DNA of 64,000 nt from Candidatus Woodwardiibium gallinarum. Lineage in GTDB: Bacteria > Bacillota > Clostridia > Oscillospirales > CAG-382. A program made the translations under genes and the position numbers. Positions 1 to 9,603 of this stretch are shown piece by piece. Location of the stretch: the NCBI GenBank assembly GCA_904419545.1, contig CAJFRY010000006.1, positions 26,609 to 90,608 on the forward strand, in the 5' to 3' direction. Position 1 is the first letter of the stretch. The number at the start of each line of letters is the position of its first letter. Below the pieces are notes generated by a model. The model did no database searches, was not told the origin of the DNA, and saw only the letters and a program-made list of their open reading frames with translations.

Positions 1-269
1 AAGCCGGTGACGCCGTTTTCCACAATGCCGGCTGCAATTTTACGGATCCCGTCGGGATTGCAGTCGCAGACATCCTGGCCGAGATAGCCGTGGATATGAA
101 CGTCGATGAGTCCGGGCGCAACATATGCGCCGGCGGCGTCCATAACCTCGGCGCCTGCGGGAACATCGTCGTTATCGACGAATCCGACGATGCGTCCGTC
201 ATAAGCAAGCGCTTTGCCGGTCAGAATCCTGTCCTTGAGAATAAGCCGGCCGTTTTTGATAAACTTCAT
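1..269 (-). CDS. nagA: N-acetylglucosamine-6-phosphate deacetylase-like amidohydrolase, N-terminal part (gene runs off the window start)
   Basis: Reverse translation from the ATG at 269 gives MKFIKNGRLILKDR...APGLIDVHIHGYLGQDVCDCNPDGIRKIAAGIVENGVTGF. The HxH metal motif and layout are typical of the NagA N-terminus. It is absent from the ORF track because it is truncated by the window edge. Confidence 0.6.
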   Translation of the reverse strand, partial: MKFIKNGRLILKDRILTGKALAYDGRIVGFVDNDDVPAGAEVMDAAGAYVAPGLIDVHIHGYLGQDVCDCNPDGIRKIAAGIVENGVTG

Positions 270-540
270 AACCTTTACCCCTACCTTTTTACCTTTATTA
301 TGAAAATTCCGTTTTTCGTCCATGGTGACGTGCAGGCGGCGGGCAAGTCCGACGCGGCACCGTGCAATCCCATGTCAGTAAAGCGCAAATCCTTTTGCGC
401 TTTGCATCTGCAGGGAAAAGGTCAGACCCCCGCCAAAGCCGAAATCCCGCCGGATAGATGCACAAAGCATATCGGATGCTTTGTATTTCTCACGTTATCT
501 TTCATTATAACAGAAATCGCTTCAAATGCAAGATTTATTT

Positions 541-1200
541 TCAATCACCGGTAATTTTTTCAATTTCAGCGTTGCCGCCGATAAGAATGAGCGTCTCCTC
601 CGGAAGAAGCACACGGTCGGGATCGGTAAAAATTTCAAAATCATCATTACTGCCAGCCTTGCTGATGGCAATGATATTGATGCCGTATTTTTTTCGCACA
701 TCCAGATCCTTAATCGACTTACCGGCCCAGCGGCGCGGCGTTTTCAACTCGACAACGGAGCAATTCCGGGAAAAATTGATAAATTCAAGCACGTCGGTTT
801 TGGAAAGTATATACGCGAGGTTTTGTCCCATATCCTTTTCGGGAAATACCACTTTGTCCGCACCGACCTTAGCCAATACCTTACGGTGCTGCTCGCTGGA
901 GGCACGCGCCACGATCTTGGGAATGCCCAGTTCCTTAAGCGTAAGCGTAACAAGGATGCTTTCCTGCATATTGTCGCTGCCCAGACAAACGACGCAGCAG
1001 CCATAGCTGGTCACGCCCGCCGCGCGAAGAACCATTTCATTGGTCGGGTCCCCGCAGACGGCATTGGTCACCTGATCGGCAATGGCGTCGATATCCGACT
1101 CCACATTGTCGATGACAAGCACCTGATTGCCGTTCTGCGCAAGCGTCAGCGCCAGATTCTTTCCAAAGTTGCCCAATCCTATAATACAAAAGGATTTCAT
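541..1200 (-). CDS. trkA: TrkA/KtrA-type K+ uptake regulatory subunit (RCK N and C domains)
   Basis: 219 aa. Rossmann motif IIGLGNFGKNLA at the N-terminus and a TrkA-C-like C-terminus. RBS aggaa lies upstream. It sits directly downstream of trkH. Confidence 0.85.
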   Translation of the reverse strand: MKSFCIIGLGNFGKNLALTLAQNGNQVLVIDNVESDIDAIADQVTNAVCGDPTNEMVLRAAGVTSYGCCVVCLGSDNMQESILVTLTLKELGIPKIVARASSEQHRKVLAKVGADKVVFPEKDMGQNLAYILSKTDVLEFINFSRNCSVVELKTPRRWAGKSIKDLDVRKKYGINIIAISKAGSNDDFEIFTDPDRVLLPEETLILIGGNAEIEKITGD

Positions 1201-1230
1201 TGTTTCCTACCGTTCCTTTCCGCATTCTTT

Positions 1231-2652
1231 TCAGCCGATCAGAAATTCGGCTTTCGGCCGGCGCAGCGGTTCCTTTTCGCTGTGCAAACCGATCATAATC
1301 TCATAAGTGATGGTCAGGATGCCGACCCGACCGAAAAACATCATTGCCATCAGCAGCAGCTTTCCAAAGTAAGAAAACTGCGTTGTGACACCCGTCGTCA
1401 CACCCACCGTGCCGAACGCCGAGAAGGTTTCAAACAGCACGTCCTCAAACGTTATACCGTCAACAAGCGAAATCAGAAACGCGCCGAAGCAGATGATCAT
1501 CAGACTGATGACGGTGATCGACAGCGCCCGCAACAGCGAGCCGGTATCGACACGACGCTTCATAACCACGACGTCCCTGTTGCCGCGCGCAACGCGGAAA
1601 GCGGCAATAATCAACAGCCCGAAGGTAACGGTTTTGATGCCGCCCGCCGTCGAACCGGAGGAACCGCCGATGAACATCAGAAGCATCGACGCAGCCTTGC
1701 TCATCCCTGTCATCGCGCCCAGATCGATGGTGTTGAAACCCGCCGTGCGGAAGGTGACCGACTGGAAAAAGCCGCACAGCAGCTTTTCCGGCACAGGCAT
1801 CGGCCCGAGCGTTTCGGGATTGTTCCACTCCGCCGCGGCGATAACGGCCGTGCCCAGCACGACCAGCAGGCCCGTAATCAGCAGCACGAGCCGGGAGTAC
1901 ACGTCCAGCCGTTTTTTTTCACAGATGCGCCGGCGGATATTCTGCCAGACGACAAAACCCAGACCGCCGCAGATGATCAGCAGCGCAATGATGATGCTGA
2001 CATACGCATCGCCGGAAAACGCGGTCAGCGAGCTGTACGGACCGCTGAAGCTTCCCATCGTGTCGAAGCCGGCATTGCAGAAGGCACTGACGGAATGAAA
2101 CACACTTTTCGTCAGTCCTTCCCAAAAGCCGAACATCGGGATAAATCGGAAGGAAAGCAGCAGCGCACCTGCCAGTTCAAACGTAAAAGTAAAGGCAAGC
2201 ATATGATGCAGGAACCGAAAGAGACGGTCATAAGCGCTCAAATTCATCGATTGGGCAAAAATGACCCGCTCACGCGGAGTAACGGTCCGCCGCATCAGTG
2301 CCGAAACGAGCATTGCCACCGTCATAAAGCCGAGCCCGCCGATTTGGATGAGCGCAAGGATCACGCCCTTGCCGAACATGCTCCATTCCGTCGCGGTGTC
2401 GCGCACAACCAAACCGGTCACACAGGTGGAGCTTGTGGCCGTGAAGAGCGCATCGATCGGGTCGGTAAACTTCCCGTCAGCCGATGAAATCGGCAGCGTC
2501 AGCAGCAGGCCGCCGATCAGCACAACCGACAAGAAGCCCAGAATAATCGTCTTTGTCGGAGACATAGCCGTCTTATAAATTCTCTTTCTGAACAATCTTC
2601 CGAACCTATGCGCCGAAGGCTGCGTATGTATGTTTTGCGTGTTTTCGTTCAT
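1231..2652 (-). CDS. trkH: TrkH/KtrB family potassium transporter membrane subunit
   Basis: 473 aa, polytopic, with repeated pore-loop-like TAGF/NAGF/GSSGSTAGGIKT motifs characteristic of the TrkH family. Confidence 0.85.
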   Translation of the reverse strand: MNENTQNIHTQPSAHRFGRLFRKRIYKTAMSPTKTIILGFLSVVLIGGLLLTLPISSADGKFTDPIDALFTATSSTCVTGLVVRDTATEWSMFGKGVILALIQIGGLGFMTVAMLVSALMRRTVTPRERVIFAQSMNLSAYDRLFRFLHHMLAFTFTFELAGALLLSFRFIPMFGFWEGLTKSVFHSVSAFCNAGFDTMGSFSGPYSSLTAFSGDAYVSIIIALLIICGGLGFVVWQNIRRRICEKKRLDVYSRLVLLITGLLVVLGTAVIAAAEWNNPETLGPMPVPEKLLCGFFQSVTFRTAGFNTIDLGAMTGMSKAASMLLMFIGGSSGSTAGGIKTVTFGLLIIAAFRVARGNRDVVVMKRRVDTGSLLRALSITVISLMIICFGAFLISLVDGITFEDVLFETFSAFGTVGVTTGVTTQFSYFGKLLLMAMMFFGRVGILTITYEIMIGLHSEKEPLRRPKAEFLIG

Positions 2653-2712
2653 AGCCGTTTTTCGGCTCCTCGCTTTCTGAAAATGTCAAACCATATTTTC
2701 ATTATTTTTAAT

Positions 2713-3570
2713 TTATGAATTTACATTTACAGGCTCATCCGGCACATAATCCAGCGCCGAGTCAATTACGACACGAATGAGCGAAATGTCCTTTTGTATC
2801 CGGTCAAGCGTTTCTTTCCGCCGCAGAGAACGAAAAATCGGGAGCTTAAATGCATTCTTCCGGTTTTCGACGCCCACATGAAGCCGGCTGCCGAGCACGC
2901 CGGAAATCAGGTCGCAGTCCAACTGCTCGCGCGCATTCCACAGGCTTCTTGCCGGCGGTATTTTCATCCCCTCCGGAAAATCAAAAATCATCCACCGGCC
3001 GCGGAAGCAGGTTCCGCCATAAATCAGATAATCGATGAAGCCCTTGAAGGAGTGCGTATAAAATCTGTATTCCGGTCTGGGTTCTATGCGCACCTCATAT
3101 TCGTCTATACCGGTGACATAACACCGATCCGCGCCGCCGGCAAAATGCTCGCGCATGTGACGATGCCGGGGAGCGTAATAAACATGGAGATCACACTGCT
3201 CGAACCTCACGTCCCGATACGCACCTGTAATATAATCTTCCATTTTATATACGTTCCCTCTCCGGATCAGGTTCGTCCGCCGGATCGCAGCCGACGGAAT
3301 GCCCGCAATATGACAGACGTTCGGCCTCTCAAACACCTTTTCCAATTCAGGCAGGACAATTTCCTGCATAAACCGTTCACGGTGACGAACACGCGTCCGA
3401 ACCGCGAAAAAAGCTGAAATGCCCGCACCGGCAAAACACAGAAGCATCAGTTCGACCTGTCCGACGGTAAAGCAAAGGACCCCGCAGACCAGCAGCGCCG
3501 GCGCCGCCGCCCACAGAAGCAGGACGCGCACGCGCATCAAATTCAAGCGCATAAAAGCATCGTTTGTCAT
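2713..3570 (-). CDS. DUF3137-like membrane protein (paralog 1)
   Basis: 285 aa with two N-terminal TM helices. Core motifs NVYKMEDYITGAYRDVRFEQCDL and FRGRWMIFDF match the second paralog at 4142-5080. The DUF3137 assignment is from memory of LemA-neighbour families. Confidence 0.6.
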   Translation of the reverse strand: MTNDAFMRLNLMRVRVLLLWAAAPALLVCGVLCFTVGQVELMLLCFAGAGISAFFAVRTRVRHRERFMQEIVLPELEKVFERPNVCHIAGIPSAAIRRTNLIRRGNVYKMEDYITGAYRDVRFEQCDLHVYYAPRHRHMREHFAGGADRCYVTGIDEYEVRIEPRPEYRFYTHSFKGFIDYLIYGGTCFRGRWMIFDFPEGMKIPPARSLWNAREQLDCDLISGVLGSRLHVGVENRKNAFKLPIFRSLRRKETLDRIQKDISLIRVVIDSALDYVPDEPVNVNS

Positions 3571-3608
3571 CGGTTTCGACTTTCTCTCCCAAATTGTAAT
3601 GCGAAGTG

Positions 3609-4145
3609 TCAGAATCGCATTTTCACATCGTCTCTCTGCTCGGCGTCCGCCCGGAAAAACGGGCGCGGCTTCGCCTTTGCAAAGGCAGCGGCAAGGCTGG
3701 AGGGGAAGGTCACAAGCCTTTCATTGTATGCAGCCACGTTGCCGTTGTACAGCCGGCGCGCCGCCTGCAAATGCTCCTCGGTGTCCATCACCGCAAGCTG
3801 CAGCGTTTTGAAGTTTTCGCTGCTTTTCAGTTCGGGATAACTTTCAGCCATCAGTGTCAGGCCCCGCGCGGTTTCATCCATCCGCGCACCGGCCTCTTCC
3901 TTCTCGGCCATCGTCATCCCGCCGCGCAGCTCGACAACGCGTTCCAGCGTTTCTCGCTCATGGGAAGCGTAACCCCTGGTAATGTCCAGCAGCTTGGTCA
4001 GCGCATCATAACGCTTTGCCAGCGCCGCGTCGATCCCCGCCTCGGCCTCGTCGACTTTCAAAGCGGCACGCCTGACGCCGTTGTAGAGTACGACGAACCA
4101 AACCAGCAGCAAAACAACGGCGGCGCCCAAAATAATCCAAATCAT
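3609..4145 (-). CDS. lemA: LemA family protein
   Basis: 178 aa. An N-terminal TM helix is followed by VDEAEAGIDAALAKRYDALTKLLDITRGYASHERETLERVVELR and YPELKSSENFKTLQ, which are typical LemA signatures. Confidence 0.85.
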   Translation of the reverse strand: MIWIILGAAVVLLLVWFVVLYNGVRRAALKVDEAEAGIDAALAKRYDALTKLLDITRGYASHERETLERVVELRGGMTMAEKEEAGARMDETARGLTLMAESYPELKSSENFKTLQLAVMDTEEHLQAARRLYNGNVAAYNERLVTFPSSLAAAFAKAKPRPFFRADAEQRDDVKMRF

Positions 4146-5080
4146 AAATCCAATCCTTTCCGTTCCGCCCCTTCCGTATCGAACAGCCGCCGGTCAAGCG
4201 CAAGCATTTCCGCGATGACACGGACAAGCTCGGCTTCCCGCCGGATTTTTTCCAGCGCAGCCTCGGGCTTCGGCTGCGAAAGCAGCGACGGCTCGAACGC
4301 ATCGCCGCCGTTCGGAACGGCCACGTGCAGCCGATTGCCGCAGAAGCCGAACAACATCCCGCAGCCCAGCCGCGCGTTCAGCGCCAGAAGCCGCTCCATC
4401 AGCGGCGGAGTGAGAATATAATACGCCTCGTGTGCATCCTGCGCGTAAACCTTGAATGCGTCGTTGAACGCCTCGCTCTCCATCGAAAGCCGTTCCGAGC
4501 GGTCCTTCCCGAAGAAGCCGCCCGGCCGCTTGGCATACGAAAAGGAATCCGACACGACCAGCAGATTATGCGTAAAGCGTTTATTGAAAGCAAAAATCAG
4601 CCAACGGCCCCGAAAATAAGTGACAGTCGACGTTGACTTGCCGTTGGAGGTAACGTTCTGGATACAGACATCGCTCTGCTCGAACGGCACGCCGCCGGCC
4701 GTACCGGACAGATAGTCCTCTGCGTGGTAGCGGTTTCCCATCCGCATCATTCCGGTCTGTTCGATACTCGACGCGGGGATACCCGCCTCCGGCAGATAGC
4801 GCAGGTCGCCGAACTGCTTTTCCAGCTCGCTGCGAACCAGCCGCTCCTTGAAAAGACGGCGGTAGGCTTTTTGACTGCGCATGATAAAAAACAGATCGCC
4901 GGCAAAGCCAAGCATACAAAGCACCAGCCCGACGGCAAAGCCACTCGTCACGGAAAGCACCGCGCAGATGACAAATACGGCCAGCAGCCCCCAGCCGAGC
5001 AGGATACGCCGCCGCAGACAGCGCAGCCGTGCAAACAGTATGTTCGATGTATCGTCCAAAGCTCTATCCTCTTTGTGCAA
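4142..5080 (-). CDS. DUF3137-like membrane protein (paralog 2)
   Basis: 312 aa with two TM helices. Carries NRYHAEDYLSGTAGGVPFEQSDV and FRGRWLIFAF. There is a 4-nt ATGA overlap with lemA. Confidence 0.6.
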   Translation of the reverse strand: MHKEDRALDDTSNILFARLRCLRRRILLGWGLLAVFVICAVLSVTSGFAVGLVLCMLGFAGDLFFIMRSQKAYRRLFKERLVRSELEKQFGDLRYLPEAGIPASSIEQTGMMRMGNRYHAEDYLSGTAGGVPFEQSDVCIQNVTSNGKSTSTVTYFRGRWLIFAFNKRFTHNLLVVSDSFSYAKRPGGFFGKDRSERLSMESEAFNDAFKVYAQDAHEAYYILTPPLMERLLALNARLGCGMLFGFCGNRLHVAVPNGGDAFEPSLLSQPKPEAALEKIRREAELVRVIAEMLALDRRLFDTEGAERKGLDL

Positions 5081-5732
5081 ACAAAGCCGTCAGCCGGTTG
5101 TACAGCGCCTCGGGCGTTTCAAAGACTTCCTTCGCGCCGTTCTCACGCAGAAACGCAGCCGTCCGATATCCCCAGCCGACCGGACAGCAGGGAATACCGG
5201 CCGCTTGAGCGGTCTGTATATCCACATCGGAGTCGCCGATATAGACGGTGTGCGCCTCGTCGGTCCCCAGCAATTCTATCGCGCGCAGCAGCATTGAGGG
5301 ATTCGGTTTGCGCTCGCTGTCGTCCCGTGCGCCGAGCGCGCAGCCGAGCAGTGCGCCGAAGAACCGGCGGCAAAGCGGCTGCGTGGCGTCGTGCTTCTTG
5401 TTGGAAACGACGCCCAGCCGGACGCCATCCTCCGAAAGGCGCTCCAAAAGCCACGGTATCCCCGGATAGGGCGCCGTGGTTTTGGTCATGTTTTCTCCGT
5501 AATAAGCGGAAAAGAGTGCCATCGCCTGCCGGTGCATCTCCTCATCCGCGCCCGCAGGCAGGCTGCGGCGCAGCAGCGTGGGAACGCCGTTGCCGATGAA
5601 GGAGCGCACCTCCTCCCGTGTACGGCGCGGACAGGACAGTTCCCCGAGCGCATAGTTGACCGCAGCGGTCAAATCCCCGAGGGTGTCAAGCAGTGTGCCG
5701 TCGAGATCGAAGATCGCGGCAAGGGCAGCCAT
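5064..5732 (-). CDS. HAD-superfamily phosphatase (phosphoglycolate phosphatase-like)
   Basis: 222 aa with HAD motif I, AIFDLDGTLLDT, and motif IV, GDSDVDIQ. It overlaps the downstream DUF3137 start by 17 nt. Confidence 0.7.
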   Translation of the reverse strand: MAALAAIFDLDGTLLDTLGDLTAAVNYALGELSCPRRTREEVRSFIGNGVPTLLRRSLPAGADEEMHRQAMALFSAYYGENMTKTTAPYPGIPWLLERLSEDGVRLGVVSNKKHDATQPLCRRFFGALLGCALGARDDSERKPNPSMLLRAIELLGTDEAHTVYIGDSDVDIQTAQAAGIPCCPVGWGYRTAAFLRENGAKEVFETPEALYNRLTALFAQRG

Positions 5733-5957
5733 TTACGCGTTCGCCTCGATATAGTCGGCCACGTCGCGCACGGTTTTGAGCTTGACGGCATCGTCGTCGG
5801 AAATAATGACGCCGAGATTGTCTTCAATAGCCATCAGCATCTCGACCACGTCGAGCGAATCCGCGCCGAGGTCCTCGATTATGTTCGCATCATCCTCAAT
5901 GGTGTTTATGTCGATTCGGAGCTGTTTTGCAAGCAGTTCTTTGATTTTTTCCAGCAT
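5733..5957 (-). CDS. acpP: acyl carrier protein
   Basis: 74 aa. Carries the phosphopantetheine attachment motif LGADSLDVVEMLM. Its stop abuts the HAD start codon. Confidence 0.85.
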   Translation of the reverse strand: MLEKIKELLAKQLRIDINTIEDDANIIEDLGADSLDVVEMLMAIEDNLGVIISDDDAVKLKTVRDVADYIEANA

Positions 5958-6077
5958 CGTTTCTTCTGCCTTTCCGCAATTAAATTTTATGTACCCCTAC
6001 TATAATGCATTTTGTCGTCCAATACAAGTACTTTGAGAAAAATTTTCGCTTTTTTCATAAAAACGGTCGGCGCTTTC

Positions 6078-6106
6078 TTGACTACGAAATCAGAGTGTGC
6101 TACAAT
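6078..6106 (+). promoter_or_regulatory. sigma-70-like promoter upstream of ruvC
   Basis: TTGACT, then a 17-nt spacer, then TACAAT. It lies about 50 nt upstream of the ruvC start. Confidence 0.5.
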
Positions 6107-6154
6107 AAGGTGTTTCATTATATCTAAATTATGGTTTTCGGAAAGAGGACATGC

Positions 6155-6640
6155 ATGGTCATTCTCGGCATCGATCCGGGCATCGCCACCGTCGGCTTCG
6201 GTATCATTGCGGCGGCGGACGGACGATACGGCGCAATTGAATACGGTGCGGTCATTACCAAGCCGCATCAGCTTCTGGAAACGCGGCTTTGCGAGATCTA
6301 CGATGCCGTGACCGAGTTGATCGAGCGGTACAAGCCCGACTGCATGGCGATCGAAGAGCTGTTCTTCAACATCAACCTCAAAACAGCCGTCGACGTCTGT
6401 CACGGCCGCGGCGTTATCCTTCTGGCGGCGGCCAAGAAAGGGCTGGACGTTTACGAATACACACCGCTGCAGATCAAACAGTCGGTTGTCGGCTACGGCC
6501 GTGCGGAAAAGCAGCAGGTAATGTATATGACCAAGCTGCTGCTCGGTTTGAACGAAACGCCGAAGCCGGACGACACAGCAGACGCGCTCGCCTGCGCCAT
6601 CTGCCACGCCAACCATATGATGCACAACTACGGGCGGTAA
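6155..6640 (+). CDS. ruvC: crossover junction endodeoxyribonuclease RuvC
   Basis: MVILGIDPGIATVGFGII... with the catalytic DPG motif. RBS gaaagagg sits 7 nt upstream of the ATG at 6155, so the ORF-track start at 6131 is probably an N-terminal over-extension. Confidence 0.9.
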   Translation: MVILGIDPGIATVGFGIIAAADGRYGAIEYGAVITKPHQLLETRLCEIYDAVTELIERYKPDCMAIEELFFNINLKTAVDVCHGRGVILLAAAKKGLDVYEYTPLQIKQSVVGYGRAEKQQVMYMTKLLLGLNETPKPDDTADALACAICHANHMMHNYGR

Positions 6641-6930
6641 AGCTGCGCTGACGGCGGGAAATGCCCCGAACGCATTTTGTCAGCCGTCCAATCGGACGTG
6701 CGGTCCCCGCCGCAGCCCGACGCCCGTTTCCCGTGGGAAAGACGGACTGCGTATCAAAAGTCGGGTCAATGATTCGCGCATACATATGAGCTGCGGCTTT
6801 CCCTGCCCGACCGGCGCCATACGTCATATCGGCAGAAATCGCCAAATCCGGCATCCATAGAATGTTGAACCTGTACCCACTGAATCCCGAAAGGAGAGCG
6901 CTTTCGTTCCGCGAGAGCGTCAGTCATAAA

Positions 6931-7524
6931 ATGTACGATTATTTCAAGGGGACGCTGGCGAGCCTGAAACCCGACGCCGCCGTCATCGACTGCGGCGGCA
7001 TAGGCTATAAGCTGACGGTCAGCGCCTCAACGCACGCGAAGCTATCACCCCTGCTGGGTCGGGAAGCGACGCTGTTTGCCCACCTCGCCGTACGGGAGGA
7101 CGCAATGGAGCTATACGGCTTCTTTGACGAAACCGAGCGGTCGCTGTTCATCCACCTGCTGTCGGTCTCGGGCGTAGGCCCGAAGGCAGCGGTTTCGGTG
7201 CTGTCCACCCTGTCGGCGGACAAGCTGGCCTTTTGTGTGGCCTCCGGCGACGCCAAAGCGATTGCCTCTTCGCCCGGCGTGGGCTTGAAAACGGCGCAGA
7301 AGATTATTCTTGAGCTCAAGGACAAGCTGGCCAAGGAGTTCTCGTCCGCCGAGCCGCTGCCCGACGGACTCCCCGCAGGCGAAGCGAACGACGCCTCCGA
7401 TGCGGTCAACGCGCTGCTGGTGCTCGGATATTCACGCGCACAGGCACTCGGCGCGCTCAAGGGCCTCGACCCGGCGCTGCCTCTGGAAATCCGCATCCGG
7501 GAAGCGCTCAAAAAGCTCTATTGA
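6931..7524 (+). CDS. ruvA: Holliday junction DNA helicase RuvA
   Basis: MYDYFKGTL...IDCGGIGYKLTVS, plus HhH motifs (SVSGVGPKAA, SPGVGLKTAQKI). The internal Met at 6931 was chosen over the ORF-track start at 6862. Confidence 0.9.
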   Translation: MYDYFKGTLASLKPDAAVIDCGGIGYKLTVSASTHAKLSPLLGREATLFAHLAVREDAMELYGFFDETERSLFIHLLSVSGVGPKAAVSVLSTLSADKLAFCVASGDAKAIASSPGVGLKTAQKIILELKDKLAKEFSSAEPLPDGLPAGEANDASDAVNALLVLGYSRAQALGALKGLDPALPLEIRIREALKKLY

Positions 7525-7583
7525 ATTTTTGCTCTACTTAAAAAAATAGTTAACATGAATCCGATAAAAGGAGGTGCAGGGCG

Positions 7584-8675
7584 ATGCCGATCAACGCAGC
7601 CCACGGCAATATCCGCGAGCCGTCCGGCGAGGGGTGGGACAGCCTTGAAAGCCGGCTGACCGGGCCGGAATACGGTCCCGCAGACGGCGAAAACGAATTT
7701 TCGCTGCGGCCGCGCAATTTTGACGAATACATCGGGCAGGACGCAATCAAAGAGAACCTTTCGGTTTTTATCGCGGCCGCGCGCGAGCGGGGCGACTGTC
7801 TTGACCATGTGCTGCTGCACGGCCCGCCCGGGCTGGGCAAGACGACGCTGTCCTGCATCATCGCCTCGGAGCTGGGCGTAAATTTGAAGATCACTTCCGG
7901 CCCGGCCATCGAGAAGGCCGGTGATCTGGCCGCGCTGCTGACCACGCTCAACCGCAACGACGTGCTGTTCATCGATGAAATCCACCGACTGCCCCGCGCG
8001 GTCGAGGAGGTCCTATACCCGGCGATGGAGGATTTTGCGCTCGACCTGATGATGGGCAAGGGCCCGTCGGCGCGCTCCATCCGCATTCCGCTCCAGCCCT
8101 TCACCCTCATCGGCGCGACGACGCGTTCGGGACAGCTTTCCTCCCCGCTGCGCGACCGGTTCGGTATGCTGTTCCGGCTGGAGCTGTACACGCCGGAGGA
8201 GCTGGCCGTCATTGTCACCAATTCGGCCGGACGGCTGTCCATGCCCATCACGGCCGACGGCGCGGCGGAGATCGCGCGCCGCTCACGCGGCACGCCCCGC
8301 ATCGCCAACCGCTTCCTGCGCCGCGTGCGCGATTTTGCGCAGGTGATGGGAGACGGGGTGGTGGACGGCGCCATCGCGCGCAAGGCGCTGACCGCGCTCA
8401 ATGTCGACGCACTGGGATTAGACGCGACTGACCGCCGGATGCTTTCGACGATCGCCAAGAGCTTCGGGGGCGGCCCCGTCGGGCTGGAAACGCTCGCCGC
8501 CGTCATCGGTGAGGAATCCGTCACGCTTGAGGACGTCTATGAGCCCTACCTTCTGCAGCTCGGCTTTCTCAACCGCACGCCGCGGGGACGCTGCATCACG
8601 CCGGCAGCCTACGCGCACATCGGCCTGCGGCCGCCGAGCGCGCCGGAGGACGGGCAGCAACAACTGGATCTGTAG
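7584..8675 (+). CDS. ruvB: Holliday junction DNA helicase RuvB
   Basis: 363 aa. Walker [18 protein letters not shown], and sensor motifs. RBS aaaggagg. Confidence 0.95.
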   Translation: MPINAAHGNIREPSGEGWDSLESRLTGPEYGPADGENEFSLRPRNFDEYIGQDAIKENLSVFIAAARERGDCLDHVLLHGPPGLGKTTLSCIIASELGVNLKITSGPAIEKAGDLAALLTTLNRNDVLFIDEIHRLPRAVEEVLYPAMEDFALDLMMGKGPSARSIRIPLQPFTLIGATTRSGQLSSPLRDRFGMLFRLELYTPEELAVIVTNSAGRLSMPITADGAAEIARRSRGTPRIANRFLRRVRDFAQVMGDGVVDGAIARKALTALNVDALGLDATDRRMLSTIAKSFGGGPVGLETLAAVIGEESVTLEDVYEPYLLQLGFLNRTPRGRCITPAAYAHIGLRPPSAPEDGQQQLDL

Positions 8676-8685
8676 AGGAAAAGGC

Positions 8686-9549
8686 ATGTTTATATCCGAT
8701 AACTGGACCGATTATCAGCTTCTCGACGCCGAGGGCGGCGAGCGGCTCGAGCGCTGGGGCGACTATGTGCTCATCCGTCCCGACCCGCAGGTCATCTGGC
8801 ACAGCGAGCGCGTCAACCCGTTCTGGAGGAAGGCGCAGGGAATCTACCGCCGCTCGTCCTCGGGCGGCGGCGCGTGGGTGCGCCGGCAGATGCCCGACGA
8901 ATGGCAGATTACCTACCGCGACCTGACCTTCGCGGTCTCGCCGATGGGGTTCAAGCACACCGGCATCTTCCCCGAGCAGGCCGTCAACTGGGATTACATC
9001 GCCGGGCAGATTCAAAACGCCGGGCGGGAGATCCGGCTGCTGAACCTGTTCGCCTACACCGGCGGCGCGACAGTCGCGGCGGCCAAGGCGGGCGCGTTCG
9101 TCTGTCATGTCGACGCGTCGAAGGGCATGGTCGCCAAGGCGCGGCAGAACGCGTCCCTGTCGGGCATCGCGTCCGACCGCATCCGCTACATTGTGGACGA
9201 TTGTTTCAAGTTCGTCGCGCGCGAGGTCCGGCGGGGCAGCCGGTACGACGCGGTCATCCTCGACCCGCCCTCCTACGGGCGCGGGCCGAACGGCGAAAAA
9301 TGGCTCATCGAAGAGAACCTCGACGGACTGGTGCGGCTCATCACGCAGGTACTGTCCGACGACCCGCTGTTCGTCATTCTCAATTCCTACACGACGGGGC
9401 TGTCACCCTCGACCTGCGGGTTCATTCTGGACAACAATATCACCCGCCGCTTCGGCGGCCATACCGAGAGCGGTGAATTGGGACTGCGGCTGGCCGAAAA
9501 CGGCTTCTGTCTGCCCTGCGGCGCTGCGAGCCGTTGGGCAAGAGTTTGA
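8686..9549 (+). CDS. class I SAM-dependent methyltransferase (RlmI C-terminal-domain-like)
   Basis: Starts MFISDNWTDYQLLD after RBS gaggaaaagg. SAM-binding LNLFAYTGGATVAAA and DAVILDPPSYGRG motifs are present. The ORF-track start at 8509 overlaps ruvB and was rejected. Confidence 0.75.
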   Translation: MFISDNWTDYQLLDAEGGERLERWGDYVLIRPDPQVIWHSERVNPFWRKAQGIYRRSSSGGGAWVRRQMPDEWQITYRDLTFAVSPMGFKHTGIFPEQAVNWDYIAGQIQNAGREIRLLNLFAYTGGATVAAAKAGAFVCHVDASKGMVAKARQNASLSGIASDRIRYIVDDCFKFVAREVRRGSRYDAVILDPPSYGRGPNGEKWLIEENLDGLVRLITQVLSDDPLFVILNSYTTGLSPSTCGFILDNNITRRFGGHTESGELGLRLAENGFCLPCGAASRWARV

Positions 9550-9603
9550 AGGGTGAAGTCCTTCAAACTCTGCAAGTTTCCGCCTGCGGGCGGAAACTTG
9601 CAG
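9541..9603 (+). repeat. two abutting perfect hairpins (12-7-12 and 15-4-15) overlapping the methyltransferase stop codon; a diverged member of the three-hairpin element family
   Basis: AGAGTTTGAAGG-gtgaagt-CCTTCAAACTCT and CTGCAAGTTTCCGCC-tgcg-GGCGGAAACTTGCAG. The geometry and the CTGCAA...TTGCAG arms resemble the elements at 37697 and 60892. Confidence 0.6.

Noticed and set aside
526-2487. A 653-aa plus-strand ORF (and 458-1006, 1385-2098) across the trkA/trkH region.
   Set aside because: These are shadow ORFs antisense to two genes with unmistakable TrkA/TrkH homology. Their translations are Arg/Gln/His-rich low-complexity sequence typical of high-GC antisense frames.
8509-8685. N-terminal extensions offered by the ORF track: the methyltransferase from 8509, truA from 12057, pgsA from 14959, mscL from 20914, the oxidoreductase from 33986, the ABC ATPase from 57426, and the zinc-ribbon gene from 60914.
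   Set aside because: The extensions overlap upstream genes or terminators and are Arg-rich. Each has an internal Met preceded by a good RBS that coincides with the conserved family N-terminus.
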